A DNA stretch of 64,000 nt from Perna viridis (Eukaryota): contig CM074522.1 of NCBI GenBank assembly GCA_037379345.1, positions 26,350,001-26,414,000 on the forward strand, read 5' to 3'. Position numbers and translations under genes: made by a program. The notes under the pieces were generated by a model. It was given only the letters and a program-made list of their open reading frames with translations, made no database searches and was not told the origin of the DNA. Below, piece after piece: positions 34,888-49,700 of this stretch; within the stretch, counting starts at the first letter, position 1, and every line of letters starts with the position of its first letter.

Positions 34888-37696
34888 GAAGGGGCTCAAA
34901 TTGAACGTCAATAAGAATAATGAATAGGTGAATCAAAGCAAAGTTTATAAGGTAAAAATGAAACTAAATATGAATAAAACGTAAAAGTAAATAGACAAAT
35001 TTTAAAATAAAAATACAAAAAATATTTTTAGGTGGCTATCGTTCATTGGTCGTATAATTAATGACCTAGTGCGTTACCAAAGCCAACAAAATGTAAAACA
35101 ACTCTGCTAAGAAGACCAATGCATGTCCTGACTGGCATCACCGTTATACATTTTTCAGTATTAATGATGGCATATTCTGCTAAAACATGTCAAATCTAAA
35201 CATGCAAAATATATCATATGAAGCGAATAAATACAAATTAGCTGTTCATTTCTATATTTATGTTATTTTTTTTTTTATACAGTCAAAACTTAAATATTAC
35301 TAAATGTAGAAAACAAAATATTTGTAATGACCGCAGTCTGCAAAACTAGCTGAAATTTCGTTAATTACACGTATTATAACGCTTTTTTGTAAGATATCAT
35401 CATCTTAAAAAATCCGTCGTCACCGACATCATGAAGTCACTATACACTAAAACGCAGTTACCGTCATCTTTGGCTATCAATAGATCGTCGAATTAATCAA
35501 AGAAAGGGATTACGCTTCAGATTTCTTCCAATAATGAATATTCATGTGATTAATCCATTGAAGATGTAGAATAAAGAATATTAAAGAAATTGATCGTCTG
35601 TTTTTATACGCTATGTTGGGATGTCAGTAACTGCAGTCGACTTCATTTTTATTGTCCCTAAAAGTTACCTTCTATCCCCTTTTCCTCAAATGTACAGATT
35701 TACTTCCAAATATGATTCAGGAGGCCCCGTTTTTCGATTAAACCATGCCCAAATGCTTCCAATCAAAAGAGGCGATTCATTGTAGATTTTTAAATGTAGA
35801 AATGCTTGTGGAGAAATTTATGAAAAAGATGCTGAGTCGGGTTGCATACCGAATGAAAACTATATTCTGAACAGTTTCATAGTAAAATCAACACTGTTAA
35901 ATGTATTTTTTAAGTTATCAACTTATACAAATGTATATTAACATAAAATCCGTTTTTTTTTTTTTTTTGGTAAATTTGCAATATCAATTTTCTTTTTGTT
36001 TAATTGGCTTTGTAACATGAATGTTGTTTGACCGAAATTGCATTATGTTCAGACTTTTTGTTTGGAACACGATTCCCCTCCATAGATTCTGGATATACTG
36101 TCTAATTCTAGTCAATAACATGTGTTGAAAAACAATTAAATGATATTTGGACTTGAGGTGAAAACATCATTTTTGTCTCCGTACTTTAAACGATCAATTA
36201 GAACATTTGTTCTGCTTTGTAAAGGGAAATTTCTGTAGCACCTTGGATACGAAAGATACTGTCTACTAAATGATTCCAAGTGAACTCAAGCAAATACATT
36301 TTATTATCAAATCAATTAATTTTTCAAAGCATCATTGTTTTTTTTATTCTTTGTATAAGTTTTGGTTGTTGCTTTGTTTTTAAAATAGTAGTCAATGCAG
36401 AAAAAATATGCTTTCTTAAGTTTGGCGGAATGCTATGTTGTGCTCTGATTATTTTCATTTATCTTTTTGTTCTAAAAATTGTAAGTTCCTTTCTGAAATA
36501 AGACGTCTTGTTTTCTTACGTATTGTAGTATTTGTTTTTATTTTAAGTTTTGCCATGTTCTCGTTGGGAACTGAAGTGTCTTGATGAAATACAATGCTTT
36601 CCTAAATATTCTCTTTGCGATAAATACACGCAATGTAATGATGGTTCTGACGACAGCATAGAGATGTGTAAAGGTGAGAGCTTCTATTAAGCAAAACGCT
36701 TTTACAGCTTTTCACAAAATATACAATAAATATAGTTAATATTTTTTGTCATTTATTTCATTCATATTTTGGATGGAAAAAATAGCTCAACGCTATCTTA
36801 TTTTGTGCATAATCTACTCAGGAGTCCAGTTCATGTCAACGCAAATTAAACACTTTCCATCAAAAACACAAATAAAATAAAAGAAAACATGTACAAAATA
36901 AAAATAAAAAATGATATAAGGTGTAATTTATTTTCGTACTTATTGTGGTTATTTTAGTACTCATAATTTCCTTTTAAAACTTAGTTTTCAAATTAAGTAA
37001 CAGTCTTTATGAAAATCAGAGAAGAGGTGATTCATCCACGTGAACAAACCCACCGAATTCAGTTATATTTCTTGTTCACAAACAGTTACTGATCACATTA
37101 TAAGTCTTGATTTTTCATTTGGATGTTGCACTTTAGAGATAAAAAGTATACATATAATTGGGACTTTGCAAGTTATCGTTCTTGATTTGGTTTGATTTGG
37201 TTGATTTTAGTCGGCGATAAATGTTTGATTTTCTCAAAAGTGCGGGATCTGAATACAGAAATAGTAATTGTTATGTGAAAATATAGTACATGTTCTATAC
37301 AATGAATTACCAATGTCTGAAGTTTATATGTACTGGTATTTAATGTGTTTAAGATTTACAATGTGAGGAAGATATGGTCAAATGTAATGATCAAGTGGGT
37401 TGTGTGTATCCTAGAGAAAAATGTGACGGTGCTGTGACATGTAAAGATGGCTCTGATGAAGATCCCGAATTTTGTAAAGGTAAGAGATGTTGATAATAAT
37501 TACTACTAATATTTACACACATTTCTGAAATTAAATGCAATGAACTCCAAAACATGTCGCTTCATTGCACATTGACACCGCATGTATTTTAGCAACTGTT
37601 TGTTGTGTAGTGTAAAAAAGGACTTTTTGAGGGATGTTATTTCCTTTCAAATTACTCAGTCTAACATTTCGAATGGTTGTAAATTTTGTAATAATC

Positions 37697-37751
<55 letters not shown>

Positions 37752-40700
37752 AATTGTTTGTTTTCTTTTTTCGCATTTATTCTGTCAAATATTACTTCCT
37801 ATTTCAAATGCATGAAATGTACCGAAACCATGGCATTTGCAAATGTTTCTCAATTCATATAATGTTATACTCTGGACAGCTTAAATTTTAGTTTAATGTC
37901 TCGACACGAAAATAGCGGATATTCGGTTAATTTAGATTGCTTTATTCTATGCACCGACTTTGTCTAGAAAATGTTACAATTTTGTTGATGTGTGGTTTTA
38001 GATTACAAATGTAAAGATATCTACAGGAAATGTGATAACGGTGTAGAATGTGAGCTTCGGACTTATTTTTGCGATGGGTTTATTGACTGTATAGATGGTT
38101 CTGATGAAAATGAGAAAAACTGCAAAAGTAAGAATGTTGTATGCCTATATTCACTTTTGTTCTTGAGGAGTAGAATATTTATTCATTATAAACCTGCATC
38201 CTATTATTATGTTATAAGTATCATTCTGTGTAAGCTATGGGTGGCACATATTTTTTTCTCAATTTGGTCAAATACATTCAACAAATATAAAGAAAGCAAT
38301 TGCAAAAAATCATCCTGACGTAGATGTATACTGACTGTTTATATAAGGACACAGTGCAATTCAACTAAGATTAACCTACAAATATGTACCAACGCTTTGA
38401 TGCTTGTTTCTAGACTTCATCAGGTATTAACAAAATTTGGATAATGCCATAAAATCTATACGGGTTTTTTTTTCTTGTTGGTTAAGAAGTACTTTAAGAT
38501 GACTTGCCTTTCAATTATTCATATATATGTATTTAGATCTTAATGTATGTATATGTGATTCTTATGTTTCTGTTACAAGGTTACCCCTTGAAACCCGTGC
38601 ACATCGAAATTCGCATTATTTAATTCGCATGTATTTAACACCAATGGACAATGATATAAAATTTAGATTCTACTTATTTTTTGTAAATGCTGTATCAAAC
38701 AAATTACGTTTTACTAGATTACTCCTGTCCTGAAGGTCAAACAAAATGCAAAGATGGATTGCAATGTGTGAACAAGGATAACATATGCAACATTGGGCCG
38801 TACTCTTTTGACTGTAGGGATAAGAGTGATGAAGATCCAGAATTTTGTAAAGGNNNNNNNNNNNNNNNNNNNNNNNNNNNNNNNNNNNNNNNNNNNNNNN
38901 NNNNNNNNNNNNNNNNNNNNNNNNNNNNNNNNNNNNNNNNNNNNNNNNNNNNNNNNNNNNNNNNNNNNNNNNNNNNNNNNNNNNNNNNNNNNNNNNNNNN
39001 NTTTCGCGTCATTATTTATTTTAGTAATATGAAACTAGTATGATTTATCTAAGTATACAAAACAATAAATAAACCCACTATTTATTTCTCAACTCAGTTT
39101 AGTTCACACCACATACACACACTATTATTCCATTTCGTCGCTTCCGCCCAACCAAAAATATATTTTTCGGGGATGTAATTGGCTTGTACATTTATGTGTT
39201 TTACCAAGAAACAGTTTGATCTGACAGAAAATTGAAAACTTTCTTCCTGAACTTGTTTCTCTATCCAAAAGTTGTAACATATTATATTGGGTAATATTTA
39301 TTGAAGAATCAAATGTTTCATTTGTGATGTTTCATTATATAAGGGGTTACCATGGGCCGTTTTTTTAAGATGCACAAGCCTATAATTACATTTGATACAT
39401 TTTTTATCTCAAGGAACACATGGAAAATACACAATGATCAGTAAAATCTTATAATCAATAAAACATCTTAAATGTAAAATTGGCCTATACAAAGAGCTCC
39501 AGAAATGTGTTTCGTCACTCATGAAACTTCTTTTGTAAAGCGGGTTATCCAATGAAATTACGTATTTTGATGATATGAAGAGTAAATGTAATCATTGTTA
39601 TATTCTTTAATTATAACTAGTAGTTACCGTTTCATTAGAGCGCTGGTTATTTCATAGTTAAAAAAATATTAGCCTACTCTATACTTTTTTACGTTTTCTT
39701 CTAGCAATTATGGACGGTTTTTAATTAAATATTTCTACCAACTCCTGTCCTATGAATTTACAAGTAAAAAGGTTTGGAAGTCATTTTGATTCGATTATAC
39801 AGTTATGTTTTAAACATGTGATCTTAAATATGGTAATTCCATATCCGGAAAGGCAGAAAAACAAGTCCCAGCATTGATGAAATAGTGCTCCGATATTTTT
39901 TTTTATAATAACATTTTAGGCTATACCTGTCCCGATGGTAGTGTGAAATGTCGGAATGGCTTGCAATGTGTAGCTAAATACAAGTTATGTAATGGTGAGG
40001 ATGATTGTGTTGATCAGAGTGACGAAGACACTGATTTCTGTAAAGGTTAGTTTTTCCTGTATAACAGCGGTAGACTTTATAGAAAAGAAAGCGTAAAATT
40101 GTATAAAGTTATTCAAATTACAACTGCATATAAAAGAGCTAATCATTTATCCTTAACTTTCCTTTTTTATATATTATTTTTATGGAGGTATAATTATATA
40201 TCGTATATCGTCGGCCTAATTCACGCTTTCTCTGTATTTTTCTCCTACAGAAAGCCTAAAATACCTTGCAGTGAAAAAAAATCCAAAAACTGCTTATTTT
40301 AGGGTATATTAGACCAAAATAACACACGTCTGAATTTGTTATCATTTTGAAGGTATTTAAAAGGGCTCTTCGATTAAAGCCTGTCGTAGAAGATTTTCGT
40401 GTTGCGATTTTCATAATTCGAAGGCAATTGTCAAAGGCTCAAAAGGATAACATGATTTGTGCATAATTGTCGTTTTTGCAATCGCTTCCCTAAATTTGAA
40501 CATAGTTTTGCTTGGGCATTTCTGCGAAGTGTAAGATGGTCACACATTATATATTGTCTTTTTTACTCTTAATGTATGCCTCCACCGTACAGATCAACGA
40601 AATTTTATTAATAATTACTAGATTTTGCATTAGAAATACAGTCAATGGTTTGTTAAGATATTATTTGGAAAGTTTAAATGAAATCTTACAAAAACAAGGA

Positions 40701-43700
40701 CAAATGTGATAAAAAAAATCTTATCATGATATTACATGTTTTGTCTAAAACAGAGGTTTGCTTATGCCTCTCAGTTTTGGCATAATTTACAAAAGAGACG
40801 GATAAGAATTTATTACTTATTATCTTCATATACAGATATATTAAATCTTACAGTTCCATATTTTTTGTCGATAGTGGATGTATGACCTTGCATTCACCAT
40901 GTTAGATGTAGTAGCTATTTAATTGCTTTACTACTATCAAAAAAATCCTTACTCCTGGTAGATTTTATAGTATGAATGCCAGCTATACAGTCAGCTGGTC
41001 AGTAAATATAGAATTAAGATATAGAGGGTAGAGTAGTTTTCGTACGCACATAGTTTCAATTAAGTAAAAATAAGATGTGTATTCACTTCATCTAATTTTA
41101 TCTAAAAACTACATATTAAAAAAGTCAATCAATATGTTTTCCTGTACTGTTCAAAACAAATGTGTATCCATTATGGACTTGTTTTCCAATTGCATCTGTA
41201 ATAGTTCAGATCTAAAGCTAAAGCTCAGCTTATGATTAAAGTAATTCTTTAGTTACCATCAAAGTCTTTTCTTGTGGATTAAAATGCTAACACACCTACC
41301 TATGTCAAGTAAGAGAAACGACTGCTGTGAACTGCCGTCACCCAATTCTGCCTATACTCTATTCTTGGCTTTGTGGTAAAACCTATCTTTATCTACAAGA
41401 TGGAACGAATAATCAAGGGAACCAAGGTTATAGCGGTAATCAAAAGAATGTTATCAAGCAACAAAGACCATATATAGAAAACAGACATACACAACAAAAA
41501 ACATGAATTAACTAAAATCATACATACAAAGCAACAAAAGCAAAGGAGCAACTCGGACTCCATTAAAACCTGGGAGCATGGACCAGGTGCACCGGTAGGG
41601 TAAGCGTCCTCTGCTTTAATTCATCAATACATAAGTTTTATGGTCGTCATCCTGATCTCGTGGATCTTTACGGTGTATCAATCTGCACCATGAAAACTGA
41701 TTTGTTCAACAATTGTCCTGTCCTCTTTCGTACACCAAGACTTGACTTTATATGCAATTCTGTGTGTGATTCTAGGAAAGTAGAGGACGCGTACCAAATC
41801 GATTGCTATCGAGTGTAATATGTTTACCATTATAAAAATTAGTATCAATTGACAGCGACAGAATTGTTACTTTGGTTTCAGAAGTTTTAAGATTATTAGT
41901 CTTTGACACATACTTATTGTTGAGATATTTAAGCGTGTTCATTCAAACTTTCCACACAATCGTTTGATAAATATAATTATTTACATTGAAAATGAAAAAA
42001 ATAAAAAAGTTAAAACCAATGTTGATAGCTGTTAATACGTTTTTTTTTAAATTTCTGAATGTCTTTGGTTTACAAGGAGAAGGCATGTTTTAACAATAAA
42101 AAAATAATATTCGGCTATTTAACACACTTCGCAGAAAGGCCTTTATAATGCTACATTCGAAGTTCGAACGGATTCAAAGATAAAAATGCACAAATCTTTA
42201 AAAATATAGAAAATCATAATTTATTAAACAACCACGCACAGTACCATAATAAATTTCTGAAAACATTTAAAATATTTATATATTTGTTCTATGTTAATGT
42301 TATATAAGCCATTCCATGTGATGAAGGATATCAAAGATGTGTAGACGGTGGAGGTTGTTATTTTGAAGCTGACAGATGTAATGGTCATGCTCAGTGTTCT
42401 GATCGTTCAGATCAAAGTGCAGATATGTGTCAAGGTTCATGTATAAATACTTTAATTTATTTACTTATTTAGGGTGACTTTTAATTATGCAGACATTAAT
42501 GCTAGCAAACATTTTCTTGGTTGTCTAGTGGGTCAACATGTTGTCAACAAATCAATTCTAAATTTAGCTACAATAGCTGACAGGGCCTGGTGATCTTTGC
42601 AGTTACCAGGAGACCGTCATTATCTGTTAAGAATATTTTTCTTTCAAGCACATATGGTTGATAACATAATTCTTATGTCCAGTTTTATAAAAGATTTAAC
42701 CAAGTCATGGTGTGGTAATACACTATTAGAGAGCTCCACTAAAATGACAACTGTTACAGATTGCATGTTTTCTTAAGTCACTAAGACTGTAATTATAGCA
42801 GGAATAATACTTCCACTAGGTTTTGATGTTTTCTACATCATTGAAAATACATGTTACATAAGATAAATGTAATGGCTTTACAAACTGGGACTTTAATTCG
42901 TTTTTAGGCTGGAAATCAAGTAGTATCATATGTGCATACATTTATGTATTTTTCGTTCTGTTACGACGGTATATGATTCACTGAGATAATAAGAAAAATA
43001 TGGGAACATATTGAAAATGCCTTGTCGTTGCATCTATACACATAATCACAGTAAAGGGGTGATATCTACATCTTATTTAATGCACATCTGATTGAAACAT
43101 TTCGTTTTTGTCAACCGCAGAAATTTGAGAGAAATAAAATCGATCTGAAATGTAGACTAAAATTTTAACACCTTTGAAACATACAACATTCACACAATAG
43201 AACATTAATTCCTATTCACATTTTCTTCTATGGAGTTTTACAATGTATATGCTTAGATGAGAAATTTAGATAGAGTAGAGTAACAATGAAAAAAATTAAG
43301 GAAAATCTGCAAGTCTCTGACGTGAAATTGTAAAATCCAGGATTTATGCTCGCGATCAGCCTATCATAGACACAATATTTGAAGACAATGAGTGTGAATA
43401 AGGATAGTACAAGAGTTGTAGAAACACCGGGAAAACAGCATATTCAGTTTAAGGTCCAGTCGCAAAATGGCATTGCTGCCTTCTGGTGTTTTTTTTTTTT
43501 TTCTGCAAAAACAGTCTATATTTTTTTTTCAAAATGCTCCTACACGCGGTGTTTAAACTATTTGTTTTAATCTACGTATATAATTATATTTAGATATAAT
43601 AATCATAATTTATTGTGGAAATATCAAAACCTTTAGCATGCTAAAATGAAGATTATTTTGATTTCCTAACTTGGAAACTTCGCTTTCGTCCAGAACAGGC

Positions 43701-46700
43701 AAGGAAACCATTTATAAACAATATCCTATATCACACCTCTAGATCTTTATCGCATACCCTATATCACACCTCTAGACCTATATAGCATATCCTATACCAC
43801 ACCCCTAGACATATATTGAATACTTATAACGCATCCCTTCACAGATCATATTTGAAATACGGTTAAAATGTATGATATAATGAACATGAGATGTTAAAAT
43901 CAACCCTCGATCTATATCCCTCACGGGCCGGTGGCACTTGGGGTGACATTAGAGTCATCGGTTAATACAGCATGTTATACATATGTTGACATGTAACATT
44001 CAGTACATTGTGTATCTTCGGACGAAAAAGGTCATAACAAACTTATAAAATGGGCGCCTAATTAATATCCAAAACATTTATGCAATAATGAGTGATGTAT
44101 TCACATATCTTGACATAAACAAGCAGATGGTATATATTACTGATAACTCATCAGTATTATAAATTATTACCGCCATTTTGAATTTGATATATTCACTTCA
44201 TTATCCTGCTGAATTATTTATGCATATGTACCTAACATGTATATAATTAACCAAACAAATAAACAAACTAAGAAGAATAAGGAAAGAAAACTTGATTTTG
44301 ATTTGGCATATCATTCAAATATAACCACAAGCTCTAAGGAGCTTCAGACCAAATATAAAAACATACATTATGTAACAATATAAACTAGAATGAAAGGATG
44401 TGCACATAGAAAACAAAAAAAGGAATCCAACATAACTATGATATGCAAACCAATAATTTATTACATCTGGCAACCCTATTGTAATGCCTAAAACAAAAAA
44501 GCAGAATATAATTTCAACTGCACATTTGTATATCTAAAGTGTGCTTTCAGAATTATGTTATTTCCGGAACTTTGATCACAAGTACTAAAAGCTGCAGAAA
44601 CACAAAAAGATCTTCCATTTTATATAAAAAGGATATTTGAGACGGATTAATGCAAATAAACCTGCATGTTCTTAATAAAACACGAAAACAACTGTTCTAC
44701 AAATCATCTTATTGAGTTGGTTAATAAAATTATCAATAAATATGTAATTTGATATTGGCCCTGTTATAGGTTTTGGTCAATCATATTGGCCTCGACAGTC
44801 GTATTGGCCATCATGCCTCGGGACCAATACGACCCACTCGACCAATATGACAGACATCAAACCTATAACAGGGCCAATGTGAAATTATATATTTATTAAC
44901 ATATAATAATAACCGAAGTGTGGTTTCGTTGGTTTTTTTTTAACATTTGCATTAGATTGTCGTGTGAAACACAAATAAAACGTGTAGTTAATTTGAGCTT
45001 TCGAAACAAAATTGATAAAAACGACAAAACAAATTAATAATTACAACAAAACAAAAAGAAATGAATAATTACAACAAAACAAACAGCAAAATGGAAATTC
45101 AATCTACTGTTCATTGCATGTACACCTTAGACGAGTACTACGTCCACTGAACTAGGGCGGACACAATTGAATCAACAGATATTTTCCTACACCGTATGAA
45201 ATCAATACAAGATATACTGCATCTCTAAACTGAAACCTATCTTTTCCGTGATTCAAATATTGAAGAAAAAAGCAAAATCACCGATAAAAAAGGACGGACG
45301 TTATATTGCCTGGAAAGGTAAACCTGTATGTCCAAATATTGTGTTTATAACCCTGTACGACTGTATATTTTGTACATGTATGTAGACTAACAAATAACAA
45401 AGTGCAGACAAAAATATAAATCATTCCTCTCTTCCTTCGTTCTCTGTCGTATAAGGTTCTATTAGCGCGAGTTAAGTCGAGTTATGGCAATTTAGTGGAA
45501 AAAAGCTGTTCAAAGAAAATGAACATGTATGGTAAAGTATAACATTTTTGAAGTTTTTTCCTTTATAGTATGCCCCGCATCAGACAGAAAAATGTTTAAT
45601 TTGCTTTGTTGGGCTATTTTTCGCTTAATTTTGGTACGTTTTTATACTTATTCCATTGGATTTAAGATGACCCTTACACCAGAAGGGCACCAATTAACCG
45701 TTCTAAAATTAAACTAATAATTGAAACAATAACTTTCAATTGGGGTATGAGATACAGTGGCAAATTCAATTATGTTCGTCAAGTGAACAAAGTGACATCA
45801 AATACCCTTATGCAAACGAAGTGATTCTGGTGAAAAAAACCAAGGTTCAGATAAGCCACTTGCAAATAAATCGATTACAGGATGATTAAAACAAAACAAC
45901 AACGAAAGAGGCGAAAATAACTTTTTTTCAGATTTGCATATTGCATATCTATATTTTATTTTAAATGAATGTTGGGTTTATATTTATTGTGGTTAAATAT
46001 ATTCCAAGTCCGTGGTGTAGCAATGATAAAATGAAGTCTCCGTCAATTATCTCTGAAACCAGTTTAGAAAAACAACGATATATTCCGTATTTTAATTGCA
46101 CCCTTCATTACAACGAAATATATATCATGCGATTTCAACCATAATATATATCGTACCATTGCAGTTTTGAAGTCAAACAATAGTTGCAACATTTACGTGT
46201 ATCACTAGTCATTTTCGTTTTTAGGACATAACATTTAGTGACGTGAATTTCGAGAGGAACTTTTCCATTTGAGGCCTATATAATGAAATGCTTTTCGGTT
46301 GCAGTTCATTGCTAAAATGCTCATTCAGGAATAGAATAAACGATCAAAAAAATTAACAATTAGTCTTATTGTTGAAGTAAAGAAATGCGTAAACAAAAGC
46401 TAAAAGTATTTATCGCTTGAAGAAAGAATAGATTGGTTATTATATAATTAAATGATATGAACAATACTACATTTCGACATACTTCCTGTCAATACAGTGA
46501 TGTTTTTGTCTGAGAAAACTAAGTATACTTATTAGTTGATTTTAAATTTGAACTAGCTTGCAAAAAAGCGAGTAGTCTTTCGAGGTTGGTACAGCTTGTT
46601 GAAGTTTGTCCTATTTGCTAAGGTGTTGATATTCTGAATTGATCTCAAAAGTTCAAGATAAAAACTTCCAATGTTTTGCAGTATGATGCAATGGGGCAAT

Positions 46701-49700
46701 GGGGGAATTTAGTACTTGGCAATAGGGATGGAGCAATTGGAAATTGGGCAATGGGGGATTGGGCAAGTTAGAAGTTTATCCCATACCGGTATTGTAAATC
46801 CGCAATTGACCAATTTTTATTGTTTGTTTTATTGTTGTAATATCTAACCACTGTCCTATGTTAGGGGGGGTACGGAGCGCTTACAAACATGTTTAACTCA
46901 TCACCACATATTCGGGCTGCCCCAAGCTAGGAACCTGTAGTCAAGTGACCTGTAATTGTTAATTACTTGGCATTTGATAGATGACTATCTCATTGGCAAT
47001 CATTTCACATCTCCAATTGTATATGTAAACAATAAAAATGTTATTTTGTTTCCTTCAGAGTTCGTCTGCCAAGAAGGATATATAAAATGCGCTGATGGTT
47101 TACAGTGTATTTCGGCAGATATGATGTGTGATGGATATGCACAATGCAACGATGAATCAGATGAAGATGAACAGAAATGTTTAAGTATGTTTCTTGGAAC
47201 TGCAGAATGCTGATACCACAAAAAAACTTTTTTCTCATAAATAACAACTTTTTGTATAACATGGACAAAAGCATGGATGAGTCTGAAAATTCCCAACGAG
47301 GTTAGAACTGTCAAATTTGCTACACAAAGTTTTGGTCGTTTCCTCGGAGAGACTCGAACTTGTACCGCTGTTAAACATATGGCAACACCGCCTGCAAAAA
47401 GTGCAGCATCCCATATCCTATACCCTATATCACTCGTCTACGAGGCCCGTGGACGGAAGGAGTCTACATTCTGAGACGTATGAATAATATTGATTTCGTT
47501 AATATAATTCTCCATCCTACATAACAACAGATGAGCTGTCCCGTAATACCATACATCGTGTTCTATGTTACAACCTTAGATTTAGACGAGGAGAAATGAC
47601 CCGGCCAGCGAAAGCTATATTTTTATATAGTCTAGCTGGCCAAGGGGTGTAAGGCGCTGGACTTTCTCAAGGCGGTGTTGCCATAGATGTCTTAGCGGTA
47701 AGAGTTCGAGACCCGCAGAGGGATTTGCAAATTTGACAGTTGTAACACTGTTGGGAATTTTTCAGCCCCTCCTACGCTTATATTATCTTCCCTGTATCAA
47801 TTTGATCTGATAGTGTTTGATTTATGTGCGAACGATATGATTAAGAAATAATTAAAATGTTTGAAGTATTAATGTTCTTATATATAATATCAGTGCGGAG
47901 CTTTTGTATGACATATGGTCACAGTCATTTCATAGAACGAAACCATTACTTTGTAATAGGTTGCCAATGCAATAACGAAAAAACGTTTATGCTTTTTCTG
48001 ACCATCTAAATTATACAAAACACCAAAAAAACATATAATGGTCCATGTTATTTCCTTACCAAGATTTATGAAACTCGTGTACCAACGAGAACTATTAATG
48101 AATATTCTTTTCTTCAGGTTTTGAGTGCGGGAAAGGAAGAAAAAAATGCTCCGATGGAAAGCAATGTATTGATTTGTATCAGCTTTGTGATGGTCACGAT
48201 GGATGTAAGGATAAATCTGACGAAGATGAGACAATGTGTAGAGGTAGAACGCTATTATAATGTACACTTCCAATTTATACATAACGCCAAAATTTACAAA
48301 TGAAAACTTAAAATCAGAACACAAGATGCAACATGAAATTCCACAAAAGAAACAGAGAGCGACATCATGACTGTTATCCATTAACAATCGATCAATTCAT
48401 CATATATTCGTATTTCTATTAATATTATTATTGCTATCTGCGCATACAAATAAGTGTAAATGTATTGTCGAATCGTTTACAATCGTTTTTGTCATGAATT
48501 ACGTATCATAGAAATAAAAACGAACATATTCAATTCAAAATAATTTGCTTTCATTTGCTTTCTACTACGTCGGCTTACGTTATGTCAAAATGTATTATTT
48601 TTTCTGTTAGATATGATATGCCCTGATAATCAAATGAAATGCAGAAATGGACTTAAATGTGTAGACAAGTCAGAAATGTGCAACGGATACCTTGTTTGTA
48701 ATGACGGATCAGACGAAGACCCAGATGTCTGCAAGGGTAGGTGTTACTCTCGTAACGTTGTAAGGAAGTAAAGTAGTGAATTGATTAGTATATAATAGTG
48801 GATACTCAGAGATATTCTCTTATCTAAGTAGTAACTATAATTATACCAAATAATCTTGCAAATCAATATAGATTTACACGTTTTGTTATGAAACACCAGT
48901 CCATATGAAATTAAGGCACTACCAATGGTAAAGGTCGTTTGTAGTGTAGAAAAAACCCACAACAAACAATGGTTATTTGGTCTGCACATGCTATATTTTA
49001 ACGTAACAATAGTCCTTCCTGTATTCACATCTGTATTTTTGGGCAATCCATACGCCTCAAACTAAAATCAACCAAATTAAACAAAATCAAGAACGATATC
49101 TCTTCCAAGTGACGATTTCATACACAATCTGTATTAATTTTATCTCAAAAGCGCAACAACCAAATAAAAAACTATGACTGTTTATGTAGTGTGTAACTAT
49201 TTCTGAAAAAGTAATAAAAGAAAACTCAATGGGTATTTCATATGTATGAATCATCTCCTGTCTGATTTTCATAAGGACTACTACTTAAGTTACTTCATCT
49301 GCTGGCGATCAAATCCTACTACTTTGTAACGTTTTTTTTTTCTTATCAACGTTAACATAAACCGAAACATTCAAAAACGCAAAAAGTGTGATACTAAAGA
49401 CTCTTACTTTTCAAACTTTTTAAAGTTCGTATATCTTAAAGTAAAAAAGCGGAGATTTGGATGTAGTAGGTTTGGAAACTAACTTGTATTTGTATCCAAA
49501 CCCACTACATCTATCATATAACACCATCATGTTTGTTATCTATGATCGATTAAAGTACAGGTTATATATAGAATGAACCAATTAAGTCGATATTTTTTGC
49601 TGTGTATTAAAAATATTGGATATGTCCAGAAGGATTCGTTTAATTTCAAGAAGTTATAGATATACAGCAAAATTTCTTATACCAAACGGATGAGTCTGAA

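Noticed and set aside
35800-35880. Possible degenerate LDLa exon (NACGEIYEKDAESGCIPNE)
   Set aside because: Only two Cys, wrong phase and no SDE motif. Cannot be supported.
38395-38430. Hammerhead ribozyme-like CTGATGA...GAAAC on the minus strand (also a weaker match at ~39507)
   Set aside because: Stem II does not pair and stems I and III are not evident. At most a degenerate relic.
46690-46770. G-run cluster as a G-quadruplex (also 50570-50830)
   Set aside because: Loops are long and irregular. It looks like a decayed short-period repeat.
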